Below are positions 33,549 to 43,009 of a DNA stretch of 64,000 nucleotides, piece after piece; within the stretch, counting starts at the first letter, position 1; the number at the start of each line of letters is the position of its first letter. Source of the DNA: Candidatus Woesebacteria bacterium. Its GTDB lineage: Bacteria > Patescibacteriota > Microgenomatia > UBA8517. Location of the stretch: positions 938,918 through 1,002,917 of the forward strand of contig CP066686.1 of assembly GCA_016432365.1 (NCBI GenBank), written 5' to 3'. The notes beneath the pieces are model-generated. The model worked only from the letters and a program-made list of their open reading frames with translations. It was not told the origin of the DNA and did no database searches. The position numbers and the translations under genes were made by a program.

Positions 33549-34079
33549 ATGGCCAACACCAAACAAAACAGTTCTTTTACCAAAGAGTTTGAAAGACTTG
33601 CAGCACCATTAACCAAGTTTGTTATTAAAAGAGTCTCAGGAGACTCTGAAGCAGTTGAGGAAGTGTTAAGCTCCACAATGGTAGCCGCCTGGCGGGGATG
33701 GAACACATTTCGACACAAATCAAGCTATTTCACCTGGATTTGTAGAATTGCCTTAAATAAAATCGCTGATTATTACCACGATCAGGTAAACCGCAACTCT
33801 AAAATTGTTGTACCGCTTATAGACGCTTTTAACAACATTGACGACAAATCCCTTTCTCCGGAAGAAACCCTCGCTCTTAACGAACTAAGGAGGTCTGTGA
33901 ATGATTGTTTGAACCTCCTCCCTCCAGAGAAACGACAACTACTGCAGTTCAGATATTGGTATGACCTTTCCTACTCCGAAATAGCCAAAATGCTCGGGCT
34001 AAGCGAACGGGCAGTTGAAGGAAAACTCTACCGGGCGCGTCACGAATTTGCTGAGGTTTGGGGAGGGAAAAATAAATGA
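33549..34079 (+). CDS. ECF RNA polymerase sigma factor
   Basis: FTWICRIALNKIADY; LSYSEIAKMLGLSERAVEGKLYRAR. Confidence 0.92.
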   Translation: MANTKQNSSFTKEFERLAAPLTKFVIKRVSGDSEAVEEVLSSTMVAAWRGWNTFRHKSSYFTWICRIALNKIADYYHDQVNRNSKIVVPLIDAFNNIDDKSLSPEETLALNELRRSVNDCLNLLPPEKRQLLQFRYWYDLSYSEIAKMLGLSERAVEGKLYRARHEFAEVWGGKNK

Positions 34080-34897
34080 GCGACAAAGGCGAAGTTTTCC
34101 GAGAGGCAGAACAAAAATTCGGACCCAGTCCAAAGATCACCTCCCCTGACGGTTGGATTGCACCCAATGGAGTTTTTTATGCCTGTACTCCGGCCGAGCA
34201 TGACGAGCTTGCGAAGCACCTTTTAAAAAACCATGAAGCAATAATCAAAGAAAGACTAGAAAACAAGATGGTGTATGGAATGGCACACGATATTGAGAAT
34301 TACAACGCCCGTGAGGTTCTAAAAGAAACAGGTTATGCACTTCTATCCGACAACACCCTGACCGAGACCAACACACCCGACAGACTTACCACTAAACAAA
34401 TTGAGCTCGCAGAGAAAAGCAAGATAGTTTTTTCACCAAAAAGCGGCCAACTTTCACCCGAGGCGTATCGAAAATTTAAGACAGGGATCGACGGAATGGA
34501 AGGTGTCGGACAAGTGTTCGGCTTTGAAATGGAACATACCAGCCATGAAAACAGACGAAATGTCGATGCCTTTTTGGCAGATCCGGCCGGTGAACTGAAT
34601 ATTGAAGATGAGTATTCCTTCCCCGAAAAACTTTTCGACTTTCTGTCCAAAGATAATGTAGGGGAACTGAGTGCCAAATCCCGCAAACTGACGGTTAGGT
34701 GGAGACGTTTGGATCTTATACCCGGAGAAAGTACGTTTCTGGAACTCGCCAACCACGACCACACATTAGGCGGTACCTACGAGGACGTCTACCCAGGAGT
34801 CGAGGACTCCATAAAACTGGTCACAGGAGAAGCGATCGGAAAGTTTATCCAAGAACAAAGATTGCTTGTGCATGGAGATATCAAATTGCTCCATTAA
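34076..34897 (+). CDS. Hypothetical protein coupled to the ECF sigma
   Basis: ATGA overlap; GWIAPNG.FY.C...EH motif. Confidence 0.7.
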   Translation: MSDKGEVFREAEQKFGPSPKITSPDGWIAPNGVFYACTPAEHDELAKHLLKNHEAIIKERLENKMVYGMAHDIENYNAREVLKETGYALLSDNTLTETNTPDRLTTKQIELAEKSKIVFSPKSGQLSPEAYRKFKTGIDGMEGVGQVFGFEMEHTSHENRRNVDAFLADPAGELNIEDEYSFPEKLFDFLSKDNVGELSAKSRKLTVRWRRLDLIPGESTFLELANHDHTLGGTYEDVYPGVEDSIKLVTGEAIGKFIQEQRLLVHGDIKLLH

Positions 34898-35466
34898 TCG
34901 GTATGGCCGTTTGAATATCCGTCCCTGGTTTGTTTATAAACCATAAGTTCCCCGTGTGTCATTATTTGAACTTCACCAATGTCTAAGAGACTTGAGCCAC
35001 TCCTTTGAAAAACAAAGTTTATATGCAATGCTGAATAAATCGGGCTCATGTGAGGATTTGATTTCTCAATATGACTTGCTCGAACTTCCGGGTTTCTGTA
35101 ATCTCTAATGCTGGGTTTTCCTCCCGGAAATTCTTTTGGCGTTAGTGGGTAAGCAGATTGGATAAGACGAGACAGCCATCCCCTATCTTCCACTTCGGTT
35201 ATAAACCTAACTCCATATATGTCACGTTCGGGTTCTGTCGAATCTCTCCTCTTGATCTTGTCCTCAATCCTGGCAATTCTTTTTGTTCTATATCCACTCT
35301 CTTCCCAATCGACTTCCACTCCATTAAAAATCAGGAAAAATGATAAACCTGTGAATATTGATTTAGATATCTTTTCCCTTATTTCAATACCCGGAAGATT
35401 GTTTTTTTGCTCATAAACGTCCTCGGGTAGTCTAATAATCGTATTAAGACTTCTTTCTATGCTCAT
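34894..35466 (-). CDS. Small RelA/SpoT-type nucleotidyltransferase (small alarmone synthetase-like)
   Basis: RTK...KIKR, DIYGVR, RDY, YSALH, EVQIMT. Confidence 0.8.
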   Translation of the reverse strand: MSIERSLNTIIRLPEDVYEQKNNLPGIEIREKISKSIFTGLSFFLIFNGVEVDWEESGYRTKRIARIEDKIKRRDSTEPERDIYGVRFITEVEDRGWLSRLIQSAYPLTPKEFPGGKPSIRDYRNPEVRASHIEKSNPHMSPIYSALHINFVFQRSGSSLLDIGEVQIMTHGELMVYKQTRDGYSNGHTD

Positions 35467-35512
35467 CGGAAGAAAATCTTAGCACGAACAAACGCACTTA
35501 CAAGACCGGAAT

Positions 35513-36313
35513 TTAGAGGTGTGTCAGTTTATACCAAAAAATTTTGATGGGGAAAATTGGAAAAGCATTAAAAATACGTTTGAACCGATTGGGTTCTTTG
35601 ATGAGCCTCCACAACCACTCAAGGCCTGCTTTTTCCATCCATTTTGGAGGTAATTTAGAAAAACCGGCAACATAGCGAAAAGTTCCACCAACTGCCATCG
35701 CCCCGCCTATTTTAAGTTTGGATAAGTTTTTATGTATCCAAATCTCTTGTTTTGGATTTCCAAAGGCAACAAAAAGGAGAACAGGCCTAAACTTATTTAT
35801 CTGGGCAATAACATCAAACTGTATCTTAATATCAACTTTGGTATCAGGTTCCCCATTTTGATTCAATTTTGGCCCCCCTACAGTTTCAATTTTTAATTTT
35901 GAATTTTTAATTTTGAATTTTGAAGCTGCCAAAGCAGCTTCATCCCCCAACCCGCCAAGGAGAAATACCTTCCAATGCTTTTTCGCAGCGAGTTGAACAA
36001 GCTCTTCGAAAAATTTTCTGCCCGGAATTATGTTCAGATTATCCCCCGAGAGGAATTTTGATGCATAGGCAAGCCCGACTCCGTCCGGAACCGGGTAATC
36101 TGCCGAATTGAGGGCTATTGCAAGCTCTTTATTCTTCTGTGCCATTAAAACAAGCTCGGGGTTAGGTGTGACAATATAAAATTTTTTATTACAGGATATA
36201 TTTTCTTCCACTCCTGTTAGCAGTGAGTTAATGGAACTGCTAAGTACATTAATTCCGAGGATTTGTCCGTATTTTTGACTTTTTTTGTCTCTTTTTACTC
36301 TGATTTTATTCAT
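35513..36313 (-). CDS. WecB/TagA/CpsF glycosyltransferase
   Basis: VTPNPE, VPDGVG, VAFGNPKQE, GLEWLWRL. Confidence 0.95.
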   Translation of the reverse strand: MNKIRVKRDKKSQKYGQILGINVLSSSINSLLTGVEENISCNKKFYIVTPNPELVLMAQKNKELAIALNSADYPVPDGVGLAYASKFLSGDNLNIIPGRKFFEELVQLAAKKHWKVFLLGGLGDEAALAASKFKIKNSKLKIETVGGPKLNQNGEPDTKVDIKIQFDVIAQINKFRPVLLFVAFGNPKQEIWIHKNLSKLKIGGAMAVGGTFRYVAGFSKLPPKWMEKAGLEWLWRLIKEPNRFKRIFNAFPIFPIKIFWYKLTHL

Positions 36314-36742
36314 AAGCTTTTAACTTTTAACTTATAACTTTTAACTTTTCGTACATTAGCCTCATATTTTCCGCAAACAATTATACCCTATACTATAATT
36401 GGAATCTTGTTTATAGTATGTTGTATGTAGGGATAAATGGAACTATACTAAAGGTCTTAAATACTAACTTTACTATCCTCTTAAACAAACAATATTGAAC
36501 AAGTTTTTACATCTTTTTTTAAATACCCTTTTTAATAGTTATCCTCAAACAGTCCTCAACTCGATTGACATTTTTTGGCTCATACTATAAGTATTTATTT
36601 TAGAACGATATTGCTTATCTATCCCACCTTTCTGTTTAGATCAATAAGTGCAATCTGTATAAAAACAGCCAACCTATAACTTCGTAATGTTCGGATTATT
36701 CCCTGTACCCTATAGCGCAGCTGGGATTCATACTATTATGTG

Positions 36743-37750
36743 TTAACCTTTTGTGCTTACGCTTCTTTTCCAAAGTTCAATATTTTCAAGAACCAAACCC
36801 GTTCCCCTTACCACGCACAAGAGTGATTCATCAGCTACGTGAGCAGGAACTCCGGTTTCTTGTGTCATCAGCTTGTCAAAATTCCTAAGGAGCGACGTCC
36901 CACCGCTCATAACGATTCCCTTATCTATTATATCTGCGGCAAGTTCAGGAGGCGTATCTTCAAGAACAGCCTTAACCCCACCCACAATTTGCATTAAAAC
37001 AGGGTTTATGGCCTCACTAACCTCGGAAGAAGTTATAATTACGCTTCTGGGAAGCCCAAAAACCAGATCTCGACCGGATATCTCAAGTTTTTCCTCCTTG
37101 GCCAGGGGTATGGCCGAACCAATTTTCAATTTAATATCCTCAGAAGTTTGATCCCCAATTATTAGATTGTGTTTCTTTTTTAAATAATTTTGTATAGCCT
37201 CATCGATCTTGTTCCCCGCTACCCTGACAGACTTATGCGTAACAACTCCCCCTAAAGAAATTACGGCCGCCTCGGTAGAGCCTCCGCCAATATCTACAAT
37301 CATATGCCCGGAGGGAGCCGATACCGGTATTCCTGCACCGATTGCGGCTGCTAACGGCTCATCAATTAAATAGGCATGGGAGGCACCTGCAGACAGAGTC
37401 GCATCCAAGGCCGCACGCCGTTCCACCTGGGTACAGCCTGCAGGTACACAAACCATTACATTTGGCTTAAAAAATTGAAACTTTCCGACCACTTTGCCTA
37501 TAAAGTACTTAAGCATAGCTTCTGTTATCTGATAATCCGCTATTACCCCATCCCTCATAGGACGGCTGGCGATTAGCGCTTCGGGGGTTCTACCCAACAT
37601 CTTTTTTGCTTCTTCCCCAACAGCCACCACTTTATTGTCATCGGCGGAAATAGCTACAACTGTAGGCTCATTAACGATTAAGCCTTCCCCGGCCAACCAA
37701 ACCAAAGTATTGGCTGTACCTAAGTCGATTGCAATGTTTTTACGAGGCAT
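36743..37750 (-). CDS. mreB: Rod-shape-determining actin MreB
   Basis: IDLGTANT, RPMRDGVIAD, EPLAAAIGAG, DIGGGSTE, TPPELAADI. Confidence 0.98.
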   Translation of the reverse strand: MPRKNIAIDLGTANTLVWLAGEGLIVNEPTVVAISADDNKVVAVGEEAKKMLGRTPEALIASRPMRDGVIADYQITEAMLKYFIGKVVGKFQFFKPNVMVCVPAGCTQVERRAALDATLSAGASHAYLIDEPLAAAIGAGIPVSAPSGHMIVDIGGGSTEAAVISLGGVVTHKSVRVAGNKIDEAIQNYLKKKHNLIIGDQTSEDIKLKIGSAIPLAKEEKLEISGRDLVFGLPRSVIITSSEVSEAINPVLMQIVGGVKAVLEDTPPELAADIIDKGIVMSGGTSLLRNFDKLMTQETGVPAHVADESLLCVVRGTGLVLENIELWKRSVSTKG

Positions 37751-37878
37751 AATTCCAGAGAAAAACTAAAAAGGAAAAGCGAAAAAGTTTTTCACTCTTC
37801 ACTTTTAGCTATTAGCTTCCTGACCTGCATTATATCAGAATTCAAAGATATCATTGGGAGTCTGATATAATATGAGCC

Positions 37879-39072
37879 ATGACTAAAGTCCGAATTTTTG
37901 TATTTCTGTCTACCCTATTTATAGTCGGTTTTTTTGGCATTTTTGTTTCCTTTTACGCCAGAGGCTACCGTCTTAATTTTAAAACCCTCAAATTTGAACC
38001 TAACGGGATCCTTGTAATTAAATCCGAGCCTGACGGAGCCTCGGTTTACATTAACAAAGAGTTAAAGGGTGCAACAAACACATCCCTTTCACTTGCACCC
38101 GGCAATTACGATATTGAGGTCAAAAAAGACGGTTTCTTTCCCTGGTCCAAAAGACTTTCAATAGATAAGGAAATTGTTACAAATGTGACTATTTCACTAT
38201 TTAAAAATGTCCCATCTCTCTCCCCAATCACTTTTTCAGGTGCGACTAACCCGGCAGTATCTCAAGACGGCACAAAAATAGCTTTCCTGGTCCCGGCCTC
38301 AAAAGACCCAGGGAACGACAAGGAAGGCCTCTGGAGCCTGGATACATTTAATTTTCCGCTTGGATTTTCCAGCGACCCCAAAAGGATCACCGACGGCGAC
38401 CTGACAGGCTCAACATATGTATTTTCACCCGATTCCAGACAGATTCTATTAACTACATCTAACGGTATCTTTCTACTCGATTCCGGATCTTTTGTTTCTC
38501 AGTCCCAAAGAATCAACATCGCCTCAAGGGTTCCCTCAATACTGGCTCAGTGGGAAAACGAAAAGAAAATCAAAAATGAAAGTTTAATTAGGAACTTACC
38601 TCCTGACGTTGCTGACATTTTAACCAGAAAAAGTGAGACTTTTACCTTCTCTCCAGACGAAACGATGATACTTTATACTGCAAGTACTTCCGGAATATTG
38701 CCCAACAATCTAATTGCTCAGCTTCCCGGCTCCTCCACCCAGAAACAAGAAAGAAGTGTTAACGCGGGCTCAACTTACGTTTACGATATCAAAGAAGACA
38801 GGAATTTCTTAATTACTGATGAGGTGGTTGTCTTAGGCGAGATACCAAGTTATTCCTTACGTTGGATGCCTTCAAGCAAACATATACTTCTGGCCCAACC
38901 AAACCAAGTGGTAATTATGGATTACGATGGCACAAATAGACAGGTCATCTACTCCGGAAGCTATTTTGCACCTTTTGCCTTTCCATATAGGAATTCTACA
39001 AAGCTACTTATTCTCACCAATCTTGGAGCCGCTTCCCTTGTCCCCAACCTTTACACCCTAACGGTTAAGTAG
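37879..39072 (+). CDS. PEGA-domain protein with beta-propeller-like region
   Basis: TM-YARGYR, SEPDGASVYI, LAPGNYDIEVKKDGF; FSPD repeats. Confidence 0.88.
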   Translation: MTKVRIFVFLSTLFIVGFFGIFVSFYARGYRLNFKTLKFEPNGILVIKSEPDGASVYINKELKGATNTSLSLAPGNYDIEVKKDGFFPWSKRLSIDKEIVTNVTISLFKNVPSLSPITFSGATNPAVSQDGTKIAFLVPASKDPGNDKEGLWSLDTFNFPLGFSSDPKRITDGDLTGSTYVFSPDSRQILLTTSNGIFLLDSGSFVSQSQRINIASRVPSILAQWENEKKIKNESLIRNLPPDVADILTRKSETFTFSPDETMILYTASTSGILPNNLIAQLPGSSTQKQERSVNAGSTYVYDIKEDRNFLITDEVVVLGEIPSYSLRWMPSSKHILLAQPNQVVIMDYDGTNRQVIYSGSYFAPFAFPYRNSTKLLILTNLGAASLVPNLYTLTVK

Positions 39073-39099
39073 CCTCCATGATATAATTTGCAAGTTCAA

Positions 39100-39121
39100 G
39101 CCCTCGTAGCTCAACGGATAG
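39100..39121 (+). repeat. 22-bp direct duplication of the tRNA-Arg 5' end
   Basis: GCCCTCGTAGCTCAACGGATAG identical to 39161-39182. Confidence 0.95.
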
Positions 39122-39160
39122 GGATAACCCTTCGGTTGGCTACTCAGGCACAATAGAAAA

Positions 39161-39232
39161 GCCCTCGTAGCTCAACGGATAGAGCAGACCCGTCCTAAGG
39201 GTAAGATGGAGGTTCAATTCCCTCCGAGGGCA
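39161..39232 (+). tRNA. tRNA-Arg(CCT), irregular
   Basis: Acceptor GCCCTCG/CGAGGGC, D stem GCTC/GAGC, anticodon CCT; 4-bp anticodon stem and an extra C in the T arm. Confidence 0.8.
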
Positions 39233-39233
39233 C

Positions 39234-39305
39234 CGGGGTGTAGTGAATCGGTATCACGTTACGTTCGGGACGTAAAGACACTGGGTTCAATTCCCAGCAC
39301 CCCGA
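39234..39305 (+). tRNA. tRNA-Pro(CGG)
   Basis: CGGGGTG/CACCCCG, GTGA/TCAC, TTACG-TTCGGGA-CGTAA, CTGGG-TTCAATT-CCCAG. Confidence 0.95.
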
Positions 39306-39327
39306 CAAAAAGTTGTAATATTAGTTT

Positions 39328-39885
39328 ATGCCCCAAACCAAAGCTGGTTACGAGTATCTTCTTGCTTACAAAATCACTGTTCCTATTTACGATTACACCG
39401 TTGAATTCTGTAAAAAATGGATCAACTACCATTCAAGAACTAAAGATCAAATGGAACAGGCCGCCAGAAGCGGCATGCAAAATATTTTAGAGGGTAGTAA
39501 AGAAGAAAGTTTAAAAAGCTATATAAAGCTTGCAGGGGTAGCTCGGGCATCACTTGAGGAACTTTTAAATGATTATTTATCCTACGCCAGACAAAACAAA
39601 ATAGACATTTGGGACGGGTACAAATCTAAAAGGGAGATAAGGGAGATTGGATTGATATGGGAAATAATAAAAAAGACGCCTGTTTTACCTATTCACCCCG
39701 ATTTCCCCAATCTCCCCAATCACCCTGAAATGGCTGTTAACCTAATGGTAACCATAATAAACCAAGCAAATTATTTAATTGATAAACTAATACTTTCTTT
39801 GAAGGAAAAACATATGAAAGAAGGCGGCCTTACAGAGGAACTATATAGAAAAAGAGTTGAATATCGCAAAAAGCACTCAATTTAG
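39328..39885 (+). CDS. Four-helix-bundle protein (23S IVS/bAvd-like family)
   Basis: GYEYLLAY...RTKDQMEQAARSGMQNILEGS...VARASLEELLNDY...EGGLTE. Confidence 0.9.
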   Translation: MPQTKAGYEYLLAYKITVPIYDYTVEFCKKWINYHSRTKDQMEQAARSGMQNILEGSKEESLKSYIKLAGVARASLEELLNDYLSYARQNKIDIWDGYKSKREIREIGLIWEIIKKTPVLPIHPDFPNLPNHPEMAVNLMVTIINQANYLIDKLILSLKEKHMKEGGLTEELYRKRVEYRKKHSI

Positions 39886-39900
39886 TGTAAAATCCATAAA

Positions 39901-40887
39901 ATGCTAGCCAAGCTTAAACAAAAAATTATCGATAGGACTTCCGGTAAACGCAAAAACGAGACTTCTCCCGAGATCTTCGATGAGTTTAAGTTAAAAACCG
40001 GCAAAAAGAATCAGCTTTTTACTTTTTTTAAACCCGAAGTGTTTTTGAAAAAGACTCCGGATCAGATCGAAAAAATATTAGACTTGGTATTTAAAAAACT
40101 TGAGGAATATGAAGTAAGCGTTGACGGAGCCGCCCTTTTCCCGGGAGCGGCTATAGGCAAATACACAATAATGGATAAGCACTACGGCGTAATTAATACC
40201 CTATCTAAAAATGCCTCCAAAATTCTTAGTAAAGACGAACGTGACTTGGTCTTGAAAACTCTCGGTATAACAAACCCAAATACAAAGATATTGGGCGGGC
40301 ACGAAGCATATGAAATTTCCGGCTTCGGCAAAACTTACGATTTCGACACTTATTGGTTGGAGGCCCCCTCAACAAAAATTAAAAGTGGGTTCTATGTTAG
40401 AAAAATGAAAATTGGAGACGACGAAACTGTTGTCGTAAATGGATTCCATCCCCATCAACTCGCCCACTATACAGAACCGGACAGATTTGTGGGAGCGATG
40501 TTAGTCTCTTCCGATCGTGATTGGTCGGTACTCAGAACCGAGATGTTGGGCGAAACCTTTCCGGATAAAGCTGTACCGGGTTCGATTCGCGGAATGCTAT
40601 ACAAAGATGCAAAAACATATGGATTTGAGACAGTAACGATTGCCAATAACGCTCTACACCTTTCAGCAGGCCCAACCGAAGCGCTATTCGAAATTGACAA
40701 CTTTCTGAACAAGCCATTTGGGATTGATTTTATAAAAGAAGAGGCAAATTTAAGTGCCAAACTTCAAAAAGAAGGTGTTAGTGAAGAAAATATAAGAAAG
40801 ATTATCAACGACAAGGAGATACATTCTCTCTTGGAACATAAAAATACCAGCGAAGCAATTGAACTCATTAAGTCAAAGTTGATATAA
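39901..40887 (+). CDS. Nucleoside-diphosphate-kinase-like protein
   Basis: FFKPE, LGET.P..A.PGSIRG, NNALHLSAGPTEA. Confidence 0.75.
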   Translation: MLAKLKQKIIDRTSGKRKNETSPEIFDEFKLKTGKKNQLFTFFKPEVFLKKTPDQIEKILDLVFKKLEEYEVSVDGAALFPGAAIGKYTIMDKHYGVINTLSKNASKILSKDERDLVLKTLGITNPNTKILGGHEAYEISGFGKTYDFDTYWLEAPSTKIKSGFYVRKMKIGDDETVVVNGFHPHQLAHYTEPDRFVGAMLVSSDRDWSVLRTEMLGETFPDKAVPGSIRGMLYKDAKTYGFETVTIANNALHLSAGPTEALFEIDNFLNKPFGIDFIKEEANLSAKLQKEGVSEENIRKIINDKEIHSLLEHKNTSEAIELIKSKLI

Positions 40888-40957
40888 AAAGATATATAAA
40901 TAGAGGTTCTGTTTGTAAGTAAAGAAGGTACTCAAACTATATCAACAACTTCTTATC

Positions 40958-41048
40958 CCCCTTCGCGAAATACCCCGAGCGTTAGCTCGCGGATGGAAGC
41001 GAAGAGTTTCGCTTCGGAGGGATTCCGCTCCCGACGAAGCTTGGGAGA
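40958..41048. repeat. Palindrome cluster, possible IS200/IS605-type end or MITE remnant
   Basis: CGAGCGTTAGCTCG and GAAGCGAAGAGTTTCGCTTC hairpins; GAGGGATTCCGCT shared with 49767. Confidence 0.45.
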
Positions 41049-41056
41049 AGATACCC

Positions 41057-42343
41057 CTACCGTAAGGTCAAGAGAGCTTCATACTTCTCCCCGTCTTTGT
41101 AAGGCCCGATTATCGCCAAATTCAAGTGGTCTTTAACAAATATCTTTTTAGCCTCCGCTAAAACGTCTTTAATAGTTACCCTATCGATCCTGTCGTATAA
41201 TTCATCCGGAGTTAAAACCTCTTTCAAAAACATTACCTGTTCGGCAAAAAAGTCACCTGCCGCCTGAGTATCCTCCAGGGAAAGCGCAATGTGGCCTTTT
41301 AGATATTCTTTTGTCTTTTCCAGCTCTTTAGAGGAAATTGGAAATTTTTCGTCTGCCAGACCATAGAGCTGATCTAGAATAACTTTAATTGCTTCTTCGC
41401 TCTTACCAACATCTACCCCCGCATAAAACCCTGTATAACCCACCTCGCTGAATTTGTCCCCCGCCGATTTAACGGCGTATGCCAACCCGCGGCGTTCCCT
41501 AACTTCTATAAACAACCTTGAACTCATTGGCCCTGCCAATATTGTAGAAAGTACACTTTGGGCAAAACGTCCCGAATATCCCCTGCCCTCGCTCAAGAAA
41601 CCAAGAATCACATGTGCCTGCTCCACTTTTTTGGTTTTAAGTTCAAACTGTGGCTCAGTCTGTTCTGGTTTGAAATTTTGACTTATATTTTTGACTTTTG
41701 ACTTTTGACTTTTGACTTGATTAAAGTATTTCTCCACCAAATCCACTGCACTTTTCTCTGTTATTCCGCCCGAAACCGATATAAACATATTTTCCGGATA
41801 ATAATGCTTGCCCCGATAAAGTTCAAAATCACTTTTAGTTATACTTTTTACACTTTTCGCATCTCCCCCTATATCCCATCCCAATGAATTTCCCTTAAAA
41901 ATCAATCCTTCGAAAACGTCATGAATTTTTATCATCGGAGTATCCTCATACATCGCAAGTTCCTGAATAATCGTCCCCTTTTCGCGTTCAATTTCTTCAG
42001 ATTTAAGAAGCGGGCTAAGAACCATGTCGCTTAAAACATCCATTGCGGTTTCGACACTCCCTGAACGGGATTTTATATAAAAATTCGTCCAATCTTTACT
42101 CGTTGCCGCGTTAAATTCACCACCGATCGAGTCAACTGCCTCGGAAATCGCTTTCGCGGAAGGCCGCTTGCTACTCCCCTTAAAAACCATGTGTTCAAGG
42201 AAGTGGCTTATTCCGTTTATTCTTTTATCTTCAAACCTGGATCCGGTTTTAACCCACACAGTGACCGTAACCGATTCCAACCCCGGCATAGGGACTGTTA
42301 CCACTGTGAGCCCGCTTTTTAATTTATGAAGTTTGTATTCCAT
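41057..42343 (-). CDS. M16 (pitrilysin) family zinc peptidase
   Basis: HFLEHMVFKGS, FNAAT, SSRLFIEVRERRGLAY. Confidence 0.97.
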   Translation of the reverse strand: MEYKLHKLKSGLTVVTVPMPGLESVTVTVWVKTGSRFEDKRINGISHFLEHMVFKGSSKRPSAKAISEAVDSIGGEFNAATSKDWTNFYIKSRSGSVETAMDVLSDMVLSPLLKSEEIEREKGTIIQELAMYEDTPMIKIHDVFEGLIFKGNSLGWDIGGDAKSVKSITKSDFELYRGKHYYPENMFISVSGGITEKSAVDLVEKYFNQVKSQKSKVKNISQNFKPEQTEPQFELKTKKVEQAHVILGFLSEGRGYSGRFAQSVLSTILAGPMSSRLFIEVRERRGLAYAVKSAGDKFSEVGYTGFYAGVDVGKSEEAIKVILDQLYGLADEKFPISSKELEKTKEYLKGHIALSLEDTQAAGDFFAEQVMFLKEVLTPDELYDRIDRVTIKDVLAEAKKIFVKDHLNLAIIGPYKDGEKYEALLTLR

Positions 42344-42377
42344 GGGGATAGTATATTGCATGTAGTATACTAAATAT

Positions 42378-42890
42378 ATGGCTTCAAATCACAGACATAA
42401 ATCGAGCCAAATAATCAGGAGTTTTGAGGCGGAATCCCTACGCAAGCGGTCCACTATCTCCAAAATCGTGGATTTTCTTACTTCGTATTTCGGTACAATT
42501 GGGTTTCTTGTCGCAAACGCGGCTGTCTATGGAATTTGGATTTTGGGAAATTCAGGAAAAATTCCGGGCTTCCCCACCATCGACCCATACCCCTATTCTT
42601 TCATGAATTCTTTCGTTTCAATTGAGGCGATTATTTTATCTGTAATAGTTCTGATGAGCCAAAACCGGGAAAATCAGCGTGATATTTTACGAAATGAGCT
42701 GGGACTACAGGTTGAATTAATTTCAGAAAAAGAGATCACAAAAATACTCAAAATTCTAAAAGAAATTCGTGCGGAACAGAAGAATTCAAAACCTGATGCG
42801 GAGCTTGAGGAAATGACAAAAGAAATAGACGCAGGGTATATCGAAAGAAAACTGGAGAAGGAACTTACGGAATCGGAAAAACTCACTTGA
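42378..42890 (+). CDS. DUF1003 membrane protein
   Basis: DPYPY...VSIEAIILSVIVLMSQNR. Confidence 0.9.
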   Translation: MASNHRHKSSQIIRSFEAESLRKRSTISKIVDFLTSYFGTIGFLVANAAVYGIWILGNSGKIPGFPTIDPYPYSFMNSFVSIEAIILSVIVLMSQNRENQRDILRNELGLQVELISEKEITKILKILKEIRAEQKNSKPDAELEEMTKEIDAGYIERKLEKELTESEKLT

Positions 42891-43009
42891 CTTAAAACTT
42901 CTATAGGCTTAAACTTCCCTCAAAGTTTACAAAAAAACTTTAACAGTAAAGAGCACCTTTACATCATCAATTTTGATTTTTAATCCACAACCTATGAAAG
43001 GAGGTTGAG

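Noticed and set aside
39206-39490. 94-aa ORF
   Set aside because: Overlaps two tRNA genes and the four-helix-bundle gene out of frame
39328-39885. Diversity-generating retroelement
   Set aside because: The protein is Avd-like, but no reverse transcriptase or TR/VR pair differing at adenines was seen
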